A stretch of DNA of 55,169 nt from Candidatus Saccharimonadota bacterium (GCA_035329105.1 DAOLHK010000001.1:27955-83123), one strand, 5' to 3'. Counted from the stretch's first letter, positions 20,248-26,765 are shown. A program made the numbers and translations. The notes: generated by a model not told the origin, from the letters alone.

Positions 20248-20838
20248 TTATTCGCCCAATTCCATTCTTGTAAATCGTTTGATTACAATGTTTTCGCCCA
20301 ACTTACCTATAACTTCTTTGGTAAGATCTCCGACAGTTTTATCGGGATTTTTTACAAATGGCTGATCGTACAGGCATACTTCTTGATACCATTTTTGTAG
20401 TTTCCCTTCTACTATCTTGTCAGCAAATTCGGCTGGTTTACCACTCTTTTCTACTTCTTTTTTGATAATATCTGATTCTTTTTGGAGTTCTTTGGGGTCT
20501 ACATCTTCTCGATTGACAAAGCTAGGATTGCTAGCGGCTATATGCATCGCGATATCATTGGTAAATTCCTTGAAATCATCTGTACGAGCTACAAAGTCAG
20601 TTTCACAATTTATCTCTACCAGTACACCTATCTTATCCCCGTGTACATAGCTTTTTATCACACCAGCACTAGCAGCTCGATCAGCTTTTTTACTGGCTTT
20701 GGCTATACCTTTTAGACGCATTAGCTCAACTGCTTTGTCAAAATCACCTTTGGCTTCAGTCAGTGCTGCCTTGGCATCCATCATACCTGCTCCAGTAGAT
20801 TCGCGTAGTTTTTTAATATCTTCGATTGATACTGTCAT
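20248..20838 (-). CDS. tsf: Elongation factor Ts (short form)
   Basis: 196 aa. UBA-like N-terminus IKKLRESTGAGMMDAKAAL. Follows rpsB. Confidence 0.93.
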   Translation of the reverse strand: MTVSIEDIKKLRESTGAGMMDAKAALTEAKGDFDKAVELMRLKGIAKASKKADRAASAGVIKSYVHGDKIGVLVEINCETDFVARTDDFKEFTNDIAMHIAASNPSFVNREDVDPKELQKESDIIKKEVEKSGKPAEFADKIVEGKLQKWYQEVCLYDQPFVKNPDKTVGDLTKEVIGKLGENIVIKRFTRMELGE

Positions 20839-20843
20839 TGTTG

Positions 20844-21638
20844 TTATTCCTCCGAGTTAGTTTCTTCGTTTTTTACTGCTTCTGCAGCGGCTTTGGCTTT
20901 GTATTCTGTGTAACCTTTGCTGCTTGCGCTGGCAATTCTTGAAGTAATAAGATCTACTGTCTTGATGGCATCGTCATTGGCAGCAATTGGAAAATCAGCA
21001 AACTCTGGATTGGCATTGGTATCTGCTATAGCGATGACAGGTATGTTGAGCTTATGAGCTTCCAAGATAGCGATATCTTCTCGTACCATATCTACTACAA
21101 ATATTGCAGAAGGTAGACCGTGCATTTCACGCACTCCATCAAATGTTTTAGCTAATTTTGACATCTGCTTCTCTAGTAATAGTTTCTCTTTCTTGATGGT
21201 GCCAGCAAAGTCGTTTTCAGCTTGCTGAGCTTCGAGCTTCTTGAGTCTTTGGATACGCAACTTGATAGTGTCTAGATTAGTAAGCATACCACCCAGCCAT
21301 CGATAAGTTACATATGGCATACCGGCTTCGGTTGCATACTTTTCTATGATTGGTTTGGCTTGTCGTTTGGTACCTACAAACAGTATTTGGCCACCTTGTT
21401 TGCAGATATCATAAGCTGCTTTTTCAGCTGCTTCGAGCTGGCTTGCTGTGATAGTCAGATCGATAATGTGCACTCCAGAACGCACACCGAAGATATATGG
21501 TTTCATTTTGGGATTCCAGCGATCGGTGCGTTGACCAAAGTGAGCTCCTGCTTCGAGTAGCTGTTTGAGTATCGGGTCTATTTTAGTTTTTGTAGTAGAT
21601 TTTACAGATTTATTATCTGTTTTTTTGGCAACTGCCAT
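20844..21638 (-). CDS. rpsB: 30S ribosomal protein S2
   Basis: 264 aa. LLEAGAHFGQRTDRWNPKM. rpsB-tsf-frr-uppS synteny. Confidence 0.96.
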   Translation of the reverse strand: MAVAKKTDNKSVKSTTKTKIDPILKQLLEAGAHFGQRTDRWNPKMKPYIFGVRSGVHIIDLTITASQLEAAEKAAYDICKQGGQILFVGTKRQAKPIIEKYATEAGMPYVTYRWLGGMLTNLDTIKLRIQRLKKLEAQQAENDFAGTIKKEKLLLEKQMSKLAKTFDGVREMHGLPSAIFVVDMVREDIAILEAHKLNIPVIAIADTNANPEFADFPIAANDDAIKTVDLITSRIASASSKGYTEYKAKAAAEAVKNEETNSEE

Positions 21639-21663
21639 TTATTGATATTCTCCTTCTATCGTT

Positions 21664-21702
21664 GTATTGGCTCCCCAAGTGGGAGGAGTCATTTGCCAAT
21701 AC
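21664..21702 (-). promoter_or_regulatory. Nested hairpin with CUCCUCCC (anti-SD-like) in the rpsB 5' leader
   Basis: GTATTGGC (21664-21671) pairs with GCCAATAC (21695-21702). Inner pairing CTCCC/GGGAG (21671-21675 with 21681-21685). On the mRNA strand the element contains ACUCCUCCCA just upstream of the AAGGAG SD of rpsB. Confidence 0.3.
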
Positions 21703-21873
21703 TGTTTCGTTAATTTTTTGACCTATCAATTCTATCAAGTTAATAGAGAATAGTCAATATACCGATGATACTCTACTTTTATCTATTTATTGATTTTATA
21801 CATACTATATGATATTATATCATCGCAACATTCGTACCTATTTGCCTACAAGTTTCCGAGAAAGGAAAACAAT

Positions 21874-22248
21874 ATGAGCAAAAAATATGGTTTTGGCGTT
21901 TTGAGCCTTGAGCTCACAATTACCGACGAAGAATATGGTATGTTCAGCGAAGGACGAAAGGCACGTATCTTCTGGTTCTGGTACATATTAACGTTGGCAA
22001 TTTTCATGTTCCCAGTTGCCATAGGAGCACTTATCGCCTCCTTTATTACCAATATCATACTTCCAGAAGGCGGCCACCCTTGGTTCATATTTCCCGCTGC
22101 ACTGCTAGCGATGCACATAATATTGGTCGTCTTCGGCAGGAAGGGCCTCGTCTACTGCGAGGAAGAAGTGGACGGAAATGTCCTGACTATCCAGGCTGGC
22201 ACATTTAAGTTTCGTGACATCTTCCGGAAGTCCAGCTCATCCAACTAG
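21874..22248 (+). CDS. Small two-TM membrane protein (124 aa), orphan, GC above local background
   Basis: ATG at 21874 preceded by AAAGGAAAACAAT, preferred over the tracked upstream start at 21790. Hydrophobic segments FWFWYILTLAIFMFPVAIGALIASFI and WFIFPAALLAMHIILVVF. Plus strand, against the backbone direction. Confidence 0.6.
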   Translation: MSKKYGFGVLSLELTITDEEYGMFSEGRKARIFWFWYILTLAIFMFPVAIGALIASFITNIILPEGGHPWFIFPAALLAMHIILVVFGRKGLVYCEEEVDGNVLTIQAGTFKFRDIFRKSSSSN

Positions 22249-22323
22249 CTCTCACGAGCCGTTTGCCAGTGCGAAAACTGGCATCACCCAAGCCCACAAC
22301 TATTTGTGTATTTAGGTGATAAA
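22249..22323 (+). repeat. Copy A of a ~75-nt hairpin-containing 3' module shared with 47912..47991
   Basis: TCACGAGCCGTTTGCCAG (22252-22269), identical 12-mer GCATCACCCAAG (22281-22292) and TTGTGTATTTAGGT (22304-22317). Imperfect stem ATCACCCAAG/TTTAGGTGAT plus a small stem GCCAGT/ACTGGC (22265-22282). It fills the whole gap between two converging stop codons. Confidence 0.45.
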
Positions 22324-24111
22324 TTAGCCGACCATATCAAGTTTCTTGAGCTTGGCCTTACCTACTGCTGTCTTGCTGATATTTTGCAGATCAAGTAGCT
22401 CTTTGTATATACCAGTCTTGCGTTTGGCGAGTTCTTGTGGAGAACCTATCTCCACGACTTGACCGTTTTTGATACCAACTATAGTATCTACACCTGAAAT
22501 AGTACTAAGTCGGTGAGCGATGATCATAGTAGTACGATTTGCCATCAGTCTTTCTAGTGCACCTTGTACCTCATGCTCGGCTTTGCTATCTAAACTGCTG
22601 GTAGCTTCGTCGAGGATCAGTATAGGAGGATTTTTCATGATGGCTCGAGCAATAGCTATACGTTGCTTTTGTCCTCCACTAAGCTTCACACCTCTCTCAC
22701 CTATCTCAGTATCAAATCCCTTGGGTAGTTTCTTGATAAAATCATAGGCATTGGCAGCTTTGGCAGCGGAAATTAGTTGTTTCTCGGTGGGCTTCTTGGA
22801 GCCATAGCCGATATTGTCTTTTACAGTACCGGAAAACAATTGTGGCTCCTGGAATACTACACCTATACTAGACCTCAAGCTTTCTTGAGTCACGCTATCT
22901 ACTGACTGACCATCTATCAGGATCTGACCTGCATTTAGCTCATAAAATCGCAACATTAGATTGGCAAGTGTGCTCTTACCTTCACCCGATTCTCCTACCA
23001 AAGCTAGCTTTTTACCTGGGTCTATCGTAAAGCTCACGTTTTTGAGTACATTTTTGCCTTTTTCATAAGCAAATCCAACATTTTGGTATTCTACCCTCGA
23101 ATTACGTATTTTGAGGGGTTTTGCACCTTCTTTGTCTACAATATCGGCTTTGGTGTCCATAATCTCAAAATAGTCTTTACTGCCTGCTGTTGCACGCTGT
23201 AAGGCATCTATGATGAAACTACTACCGAATAACGGGAATTGAGCCTGAACAGATAGAGTCAGCAGTAGAGTCATAGTACCTAGGTTGTAGACCCCAATAT
23301 ATGCCTGATAAATTATTACTCCCATAATAGCTGTAAATATAATGTTCAAAACAAGCCTGCGATAGACATCGTACTTGTGCCACTGCACTGATTGAACCTT
23401 GGTTTGGCTTTCTATCTTGATTCGTTTGTTGCCATAAAACATTCGTTCTGATGCTTCCATCACAAATGATTTGACTACTCTTACTTGCACAATTGATTCA
23501 ACAAAGCGACCATTGCCGATGTCGAGGTCTTTGTTGATTCCCTCCTGGTGCTTTTGCCAACTCTTACTGCTCAAGTGAGTTATCCAGATATATATTGGGA
23601 ATATCGCTGCTAGTAATAGTGCTACTGGCCAGCTGTAAAAAGCTATGACCACTAGAGTAATCACAGTAGTCAAGAAAAACTGCACAAACCCATTGGCTAG
23701 AGTCTGCATCAGTGTAGAAATAGTAGCGATTGAACGATCAAGACGAGCCGTAATCTTACCTGTTATCTCATTGTCATAATAGCTAATTGGTAACTTCATG
23801 AGATGTTCAAAATAGCGATTTGACATCAAGGTATTGAGCTTGACACTCATCATATCACCCCAATAACCGCTTAGATTTGACAGTAGGGTCAATACAATTG
23901 ATGCAATACCACCTAGTGCTACCAATCCAAATAAATACTGCAAACCAGGTGAATTGCCATTATTTGCCGCTACAATACCGTCTACTAACCCCTTGGTAAC
24001 AAATGGCGTTACTAGATTCAGGCCAGATGTAATAACAACAACTATCGCTATAGCTGTATAGTAAGGCCACAAAACCTTGGAATACTTTATAATCTTCCAG
24101 ATTGCTTTCAT
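22324..24111 (-). CDS. ABC exporter, fused permease/ATPase (ABCB/MsbA-like)
   Basis: 595 aa. Six-TM domain plus NBD with Walker A GESGEGKST, signature LSGGQKQRIAIARA and Walker B ILILDEATS. Confidence 0.92.
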   Translation of the reverse strand: MKAIWKIIKYSKVLWPYYTAIAIVVVITSGLNLVTPFVTKGLVDGIVAANNGNSPGLQYLFGLVALGGIASIVLTLLSNLSGYWGDMMSVKLNTLMSNRYFEHLMKLPISYYDNEITGKITARLDRSIATISTLMQTLANGFVQFFLTTVITLVVIAFYSWPVALLLAAIFPIYIWITHLSSKSWQKHQEGINKDLDIGNGRFVESIVQVRVVKSFVMEASERMFYGNKRIKIESQTKVQSVQWHKYDVYRRLVLNIIFTAIMGVIIYQAYIGVYNLGTMTLLLTLSVQAQFPLFGSSFIIDALQRATAGSKDYFEIMDTKADIVDKEGAKPLKIRNSRVEYQNVGFAYEKGKNVLKNVSFTIDPGKKLALVGESGEGKSTLANLMLRFYELNAGQILIDGQSVDSVTQESLRSSIGVVFQEPQLFSGTVKDNIGYGSKKPTEKQLISAAKAANAYDFIKKLPKGFDTEIGERGVKLSGGQKQRIAIARAIMKNPPILILDEATSSLDSKAEHEVQGALERLMANRTTMIIAHRLSTISGVDTIVGIKNGQVVEIGSPQELAKRKTGIYKELLDLQNISKTAVGKAKLKKLDMVG

Positions 24112-24155
24112 TTAATCTCAGTTTAGCATGTGTCGAAAATTAAAACGAGCCCACC

Positions 24156-24181
24156 GGCCAGACCCCCGCAGGGGTCTGGCC
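24156..24181 (-). terminator. GC-rich stem-loop (11-bp stem, 4-nt loop) at the edge of the GC-rich micro-island
   Basis: GGCCAGACCCC (24156-24166) pairs with GGGGTCTGGCC (24171-24181). On the minus strand a GTTTTAATTTT tract follows about 10 nt later. Confidence 0.55.
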
Positions 24182-24200
24182 AATGAGCCGTGTCGAGGCA

Positions 24201-24240
24201 TCGAACGTATGTGTGTCAGCCGTAGCTTACATACGTTCGA
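24201..24240 (-). other. Perfect 12-bp inverted repeat with 16-nt loop
   Basis: TCGAACGTATGT (24201-24212) pairs with ACATACGTTCGA (24229-24240). It lies between the 41-codon ORF and the GC-rich terminator-like hairpin. Confidence 0.5.
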
Positions 24241-24302
24241 GTACTGCTGTCGGGGCTTCAGCCGTGAGGCTTAGGCCGGTGTTGGTGTGTGACGGGTGAG
24301 CG

Positions 24303-24428
24303 TCAGGTGCAGAGCTGGTCGGTGGGCTCGCCGGCGGCCGTGATGGTCGAGCCCTTCTCGAACAGCCGGTTCGAGGTGTCGGGCGCGGTGGTCTCGGTGT
24401 GGTACCTCGTGAACCAGGTCTGGCGCAT
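24303..24428 (-). CDS. 41-aa ORF with actinobacterial-style codon usage (MRQTWFTRYHTETTAPDTSNRLFEKGSTITAAGEPTDQLCT)
   Basis: All 41 sense codons end in G or C (counted). AAGGGGGG SD 4 nt upstream of the ATG. Too short for the ORF track. The tracked 77-aa frame (24227..24460) is R/P-rich and looks off-frame. It could be a gene fragment. Confidence 0.5.
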   Translation of the reverse strand: MRQTWFTRYHTETTAPDTSNRLFEKGSTITAAGEPTDQLCT

Positions 24429-24488
24429 GGTGCCCCCCTTGGGGTGGTTGTGTTTGCCATACCTCAGCAGTTGCTGTAGGTTATATAC

Positions 24489-24516
24489 ATTATAATCCTA
24501 GTGTTTTGAGTGTCAA
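24489..24516 (-). promoter_or_regulatory. Near-consensus sigma70-type promoter reading into the GC-rich micro-island
   Basis: Minus strand reads TTGACA (24516-24511), a 16-nt spacer, then TATAAT (24494-24489). It lies in AT-rich DNA about 60 nt upstream of the 41-codon ORF. Confidence 0.5.
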
Positions 24517-24597
24517 AAGTTATTTATAGATTTTATTTCGACCATAAAAATAGCTCTTTTATAGCATTGGCTAGGCTACAAAAGAGCTGGTATTACC

Positions 24598-24864
24598 CTA
24601 TCTTTTGGTTTTTGACCGATAGAAGGCTGGCTGAAGCGGACCAGAAATACCATATGGTCGCCCAGCCTGCTCATAGCATTCGAAGTGATATTGCTCGACT
24701 CTATCCCACCTATCACCTTCGTATATATTGCATATTACCTTACGAGGCTTGTTTCTTGCCCTATATACAATTCGCTCACCACACTGTGTACATAGAGTAT
24801 AGCACCCTGTTTCTACAAATCGCACTACTGCTCGTGTACCAAGAACCGTCTCTGACGAATCCAT
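24598..24864 (-). CDS. Small Cys-containing (zinc-ribbon-like) hypothetical protein, 88 aa
   Basis: AGGAGG SD 6 nt upstream. GCYTLCTQCGERI plus further Cys at ICN and FECY. Basic C-terminus. Second gene of a bicistron with 24892..25185. Confidence 0.65.
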   Translation of the reverse strand: MDSSETVLGTRAVVRFVETGCYTLCTQCGERIVYRARNKPRKVICNIYEGDRWDRVEQYHFECYEQAGRPYGISGPLQPAFYRSKTKR

Positions 24865-24891
24865 TTCATACCTCCTGAACTCTTGATTGAC

Positions 24892-25185
24892 TTAGGTTGA
24901 GCTACGTGGCTTCATCAATAGAAAAACAGATACACACAGACTGAACAATAAATACACAAGTGCTTCCCTGTTGTTCTCTGCACTAATCATCGCGTATCCC
25001 ATAGTCAGATAAATCGCCCAAAGTACTCTAGGCATCATCTTGTCTATGACCCAGTCAGCTACCAACTGCTCTCTTGTCTCGGATCCAGTGGGCTCGGCAT
25101 ATCGAAGCTGACTCATAAGTCTCGGAGCCCACCAAGCCACATACAAGCTATAGAGTATCGTGATGACAATCTTGAAAAGTGGCAT
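24892..25185 (-). CDS. Small three-TM membrane protein, 97 aa
   Basis: AAGGAG SD 5 nt upstream. Hydrophobic segments at the N-terminus, middle (VLWAIYLTMGYAMI) and C-terminus (LVYLLFSLCVSVFLL). Confidence 0.65.
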   Translation of the reverse strand: MPLFKIVITILYSLYVAWWAPRLMSQLRYAEPTGSETREQLVADWVIDKMMPRVLWAIYLTMGYAMISAENNREALVYLLFSLCVSVFLLMKPRSST

Positions 25186-25380
25186 TTCAACTCCTTACGC
25201 TACTCGAAGCTGATAACTCCAAAAGGTGCGATAGTCATATAAAAATATCAGAGATAAGAGCAGCTGTCAAAGGTGGCGATACAGTATTTCGCTGAGTAAT
25301 TTGTTATGTTTTGGAGCTGTCAAGCATAACTATAAAACTCATCCCTATCTGTTGAGCGAATAATATGCACACAAAAACAC

Positions 25381-25409
25381 TTGACAAATACGCTTATGTT
25401 TGGTATACT
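25381..25409 (+). promoter_or_regulatory. Near-consensus sigma70-type promoter of the Rpf-like gene
   Basis: TTGACA (25381-25386), a 17-nt spacer, then TATACT (25404-25409). Confidence 0.6.
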
Positions 25410-25541
25410 AGCGGGCGTTCTGTGGATTGGTCGATTCCACTCCCCCGCAGAACAGTACATTACATAAGTAAAGAAAGGAGATACGACGCACTCTGAACCC
25501 GCGTAACTTCATCTATATGGTGAAGCACGTATCAGAATATT
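25410..25541 (+). promoter_or_regulatory. ~130-nt structured 5' leader with mutually exclusive pairings
   Basis: GCGGG (25411-25415) can pair with CCCGC at 25444-25448 or at 25498-25502. GTTCTG (25417-25422) pairs with CAGAAC (25448-25453), enclosing the TGGA/TCCA hairpin. There is no obvious SD in front of the ATG at 25542. Confidence 0.35.
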
Positions 25542-26123
25542 ATGCGCCTTCTCAGTCAAGCAGTTGTTGCATTTGCAATGATTGCCAACCAGGTGATAAG
25601 TACGGTACATATCCCTATCACCGATACAGCTAAGGCTGCCGAAGCCCAACCTGTAGTACCAAGTAACTACACATTGACAATCAACACTACACAACCCGAA
25701 GCTCTTGAGCTCAAAGCCAACAAAGGAAACTTCGATCAAGAAGTCGTTGCTCCTTTAAAAGCCGCTCAAGCGCTCAAGGCCGCTGCCGACGCTGCTGCAG
25801 CCCAGGAAGCTGCTAATCGAGCTGCTGCAATTGCTGCTACTCGAGTAAGCTCAGCCCCTGCTGCAAAACCTGTCGTAATAGGCGGTGATGATGCTTTCGC
25901 CAAGCTTCGATTCTGTGAAGCTGGTGGTGACTACACCAAGAATACCGGTAACGGATACTATGGTGCCTACCAGTACGACATGCGTACTTGGGCTAACTAT
26001 GGCGGTTATGCTCGACCTGACCTTGCACCTCCAGAGGTACAAGACGCCAAGGCTCGTGCTACCCAAGCCGCTCGTGGTTGGTCTCCATGGCCTGCATGTT
26101 CACGCAAGCTTGGTCTATTGTAA
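25542..26123 (+). CDS. Secreted Rpf-type (resuscitation-promoting-factor-like) transglycosylase-domain protein
   Basis: 193 aa. Hydrophobic N-terminus and an Ala-rich linker. C-terminal FCEAGGDYTKNTGNGYYGAYQYDMRTWANYGGYARPDLAPPEVQDAKARATQAARGWSPWPACS matches the Rpf domain pattern (CE[SA]GG catalytic Glu, NTGNGYYGxxQ, conserved Cys pair). Confidence 0.85.
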   Translation: MRLLSQAVVAFAMIANQVISTVHIPITDTAKAAEAQPVVPSNYTLTINTTQPEALELKANKGNFDQEVVAPLKAAQALKAAADAAAAQEAANRAAAIAATRVSSAPAAKPVVIGGDDAFAKLRFCEAGGDYTKNTGNGYYGAYQYDMRTWANYGGYARPDLAPPEVQDAKARATQAARGWSPWPACSRKLGLL

Positions 26124-26148
26124 GACTGTTCTAACAACTAAATAATAC

Positions 26149-26176
26149 AAAAGCCTCCTGTCAAAAGGAGGCTTTT
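26149..26176 (+). terminator. Rho-independent terminator after the Rpf-like gene
   Basis: AAAAGCCTCC (26149-26158) pairs with GGAGGCTTTT (26167-26176), followed by a T-rich run. Confidence 0.7.
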
Positions 26177-26177
26177 G

Positions 26178-26206
26178 TTGTACTAATTATTGTTTTGTTG
26201 TAGAAT
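26178..26206 (+). promoter_or_regulatory. Candidate promoter of the 26242..26662 bicistron
   Basis: TTGTAC (26178-26183), a 17-nt spacer, then TAGAAT (26201-26206). Confidence 0.45.
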
Positions 26207-26241
26207 TATCCAGCACCTATCGATACAACAAGGAGATTTCG

Positions 26242-26418
26242 TTGACCAATCAATCAACAACGCAGCCTGAGCGTTTTGTGTGTGCGTCTAATCTCAGGCC
26301 AACAATGGTCGTAGAAATAGAAATTACCCAAGGACTAATGGTCCAAAACGGTCGACTCATACCTTTTGTCGACTTGTTATACGGCCGGTGTCCTCTTCTA
26401 GAAGATTATGACAGGTGA
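26242..26418 (+). CDS. Candidate 58-aa ORF with TTG start, overlapping the next gene by 11 nt
   Basis: AAGGAG 6 nt upstream of TTG. Translation MTNQSTTQPERFVCASNLRPTMVVEIEITQGLMVQNGRLIPFVDLLYGRCPLLEDYDR. The downstream ATG (26408) has no SD of its own, which fits translational coupling. Below the ORF-track size cutoff. Confidence 0.35.
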   Translation: MTNQSTTQPERFVCASNLRPTMVVEIEITQGLMVQNGRLIPFVDLLYGRCPLLEDYDR

Positions 26419-26662
26419 GTGCACTGTACACATCATAGGTTACAACAGTAAACCTCAAGCCTATGCAACTATCGAGGTCCATTCGGTTGAAAGACTTTCT
26501 GATCCGGCGTCCAATCGAGCTGATCTAATATGTGTATACCACAGCCCAGAGAGGACTGATAGGCACTCTGTCTGGTTCTGGCCAGATGACGAGATCCTAG
26601 TAAAAGGAGCCTTCAATCCACATTCCTCCAAACGAAAGAAGAAAAGTCGTAAACTCCGATAA
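26408..26662 (+). CDS. Hypothetical protein, 84 aa, with basic C-terminal tail (SSKRKKKSRKLR)
   Basis: Tracked ORF. GC above background. No family recognised. Confidence 0.6.
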   Translation: MTGECTVHIIGYNSKPQAYATIEVHSVERLSDPASNRADLICVYHSPERTDRHSVWFWPDDEILVKGAFNPHSSKRKKKSRKLR

Positions 26663-26678
26663 TTACTCGGGATCCAAA

Positions 26679-26704
26679 ACACCCAAGCATCTATGCTTGG
26701 GTGT
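26679..26704 (+). terminator. Perfect 11-bp hairpin built on CACCCAAG/CTTGGGTG
   Basis: ACACCCAAGCA (26679-26689) pairs with TGCTTGGGTGT (26694-26704), 17 nt after the stop codon. No clear U-tract. Confidence 0.5.
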
Positions 26705-26734
26705 AAGTATATGAATTATCTAATAGTTAAAATC

Positions 26735-26765
26735 AAAAAATCCTCTTGAAAAAGAGGGTTTTTTG
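26735..26765. terminator. Bidirectional rho-independent terminator
   Basis: AAAAAA-TCCTCTT-GAAAA-AAGAGGG-TTTTTT. CCTCTT (26742-26747) pairs with AAGAGG (26752-26757), flanked by an A-run and a T-run. Confidence 0.65.

Noticed and set aside
22249-22323. The shared 3' module as an integron attC site
   Set aside because: There is no intI-like integrase and the cassettes are dispersed rather than arrayed. I could not find the RYYYAAC/GTTRRRY core sites. I kept it as an unclassified repeat.
24130-24470. GC-rich island as a structured RNA gene (tmRNA, RNase P RNA, SRP RNA, tRNA), since such genes stand out as GC peaks in AT-rich genomes
   Set aside because: I could not find the hallmark motifs on either strand: the tmRNA 5' GGGG and 3' T-arm with CCA end, RNase P GAGGAAAGUCC, or the SRP GGAA tetraloop context. 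The strict 3-nt periodicity argues for coding DNA. A covariance-model scan would settle it.
24227-24495. Tracked ORFs 24227..24460(-) (77 aa, R/P-rich) and 24289..24495(+) (68 aa) in the micro-island
   Set aside because: The composition is typical of wrong frames in GC-rich DNA. Only the 41-codon frame shows 100% G/C third positions and an SD.
25410-25541. ydaO-type cyclic-di-AMP riboswitch upstream of the Rpf-like gene (known to control rpf and cell-wall hydrolase genes in Actinobacteria and Firmicutes)
   Set aside because: The conserved ydaO blocks as I remember them (GGGGACCCA, GGGGUGAAUC, ACCUCGUAAGCG) are absent. I kept it only as an unclassified structured leader. cmscan with the Rfam model would be decisive.
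25517-25633. Alternative 38-codon Cys-rich ORF (MVKHVSEYYAPSQSSSCCICNDCQPG...) overlapping the Rpf-like start
   Set aside because: It has no SD, overlaps the signal-peptide coding region out of frame, and is probably fortuitous.
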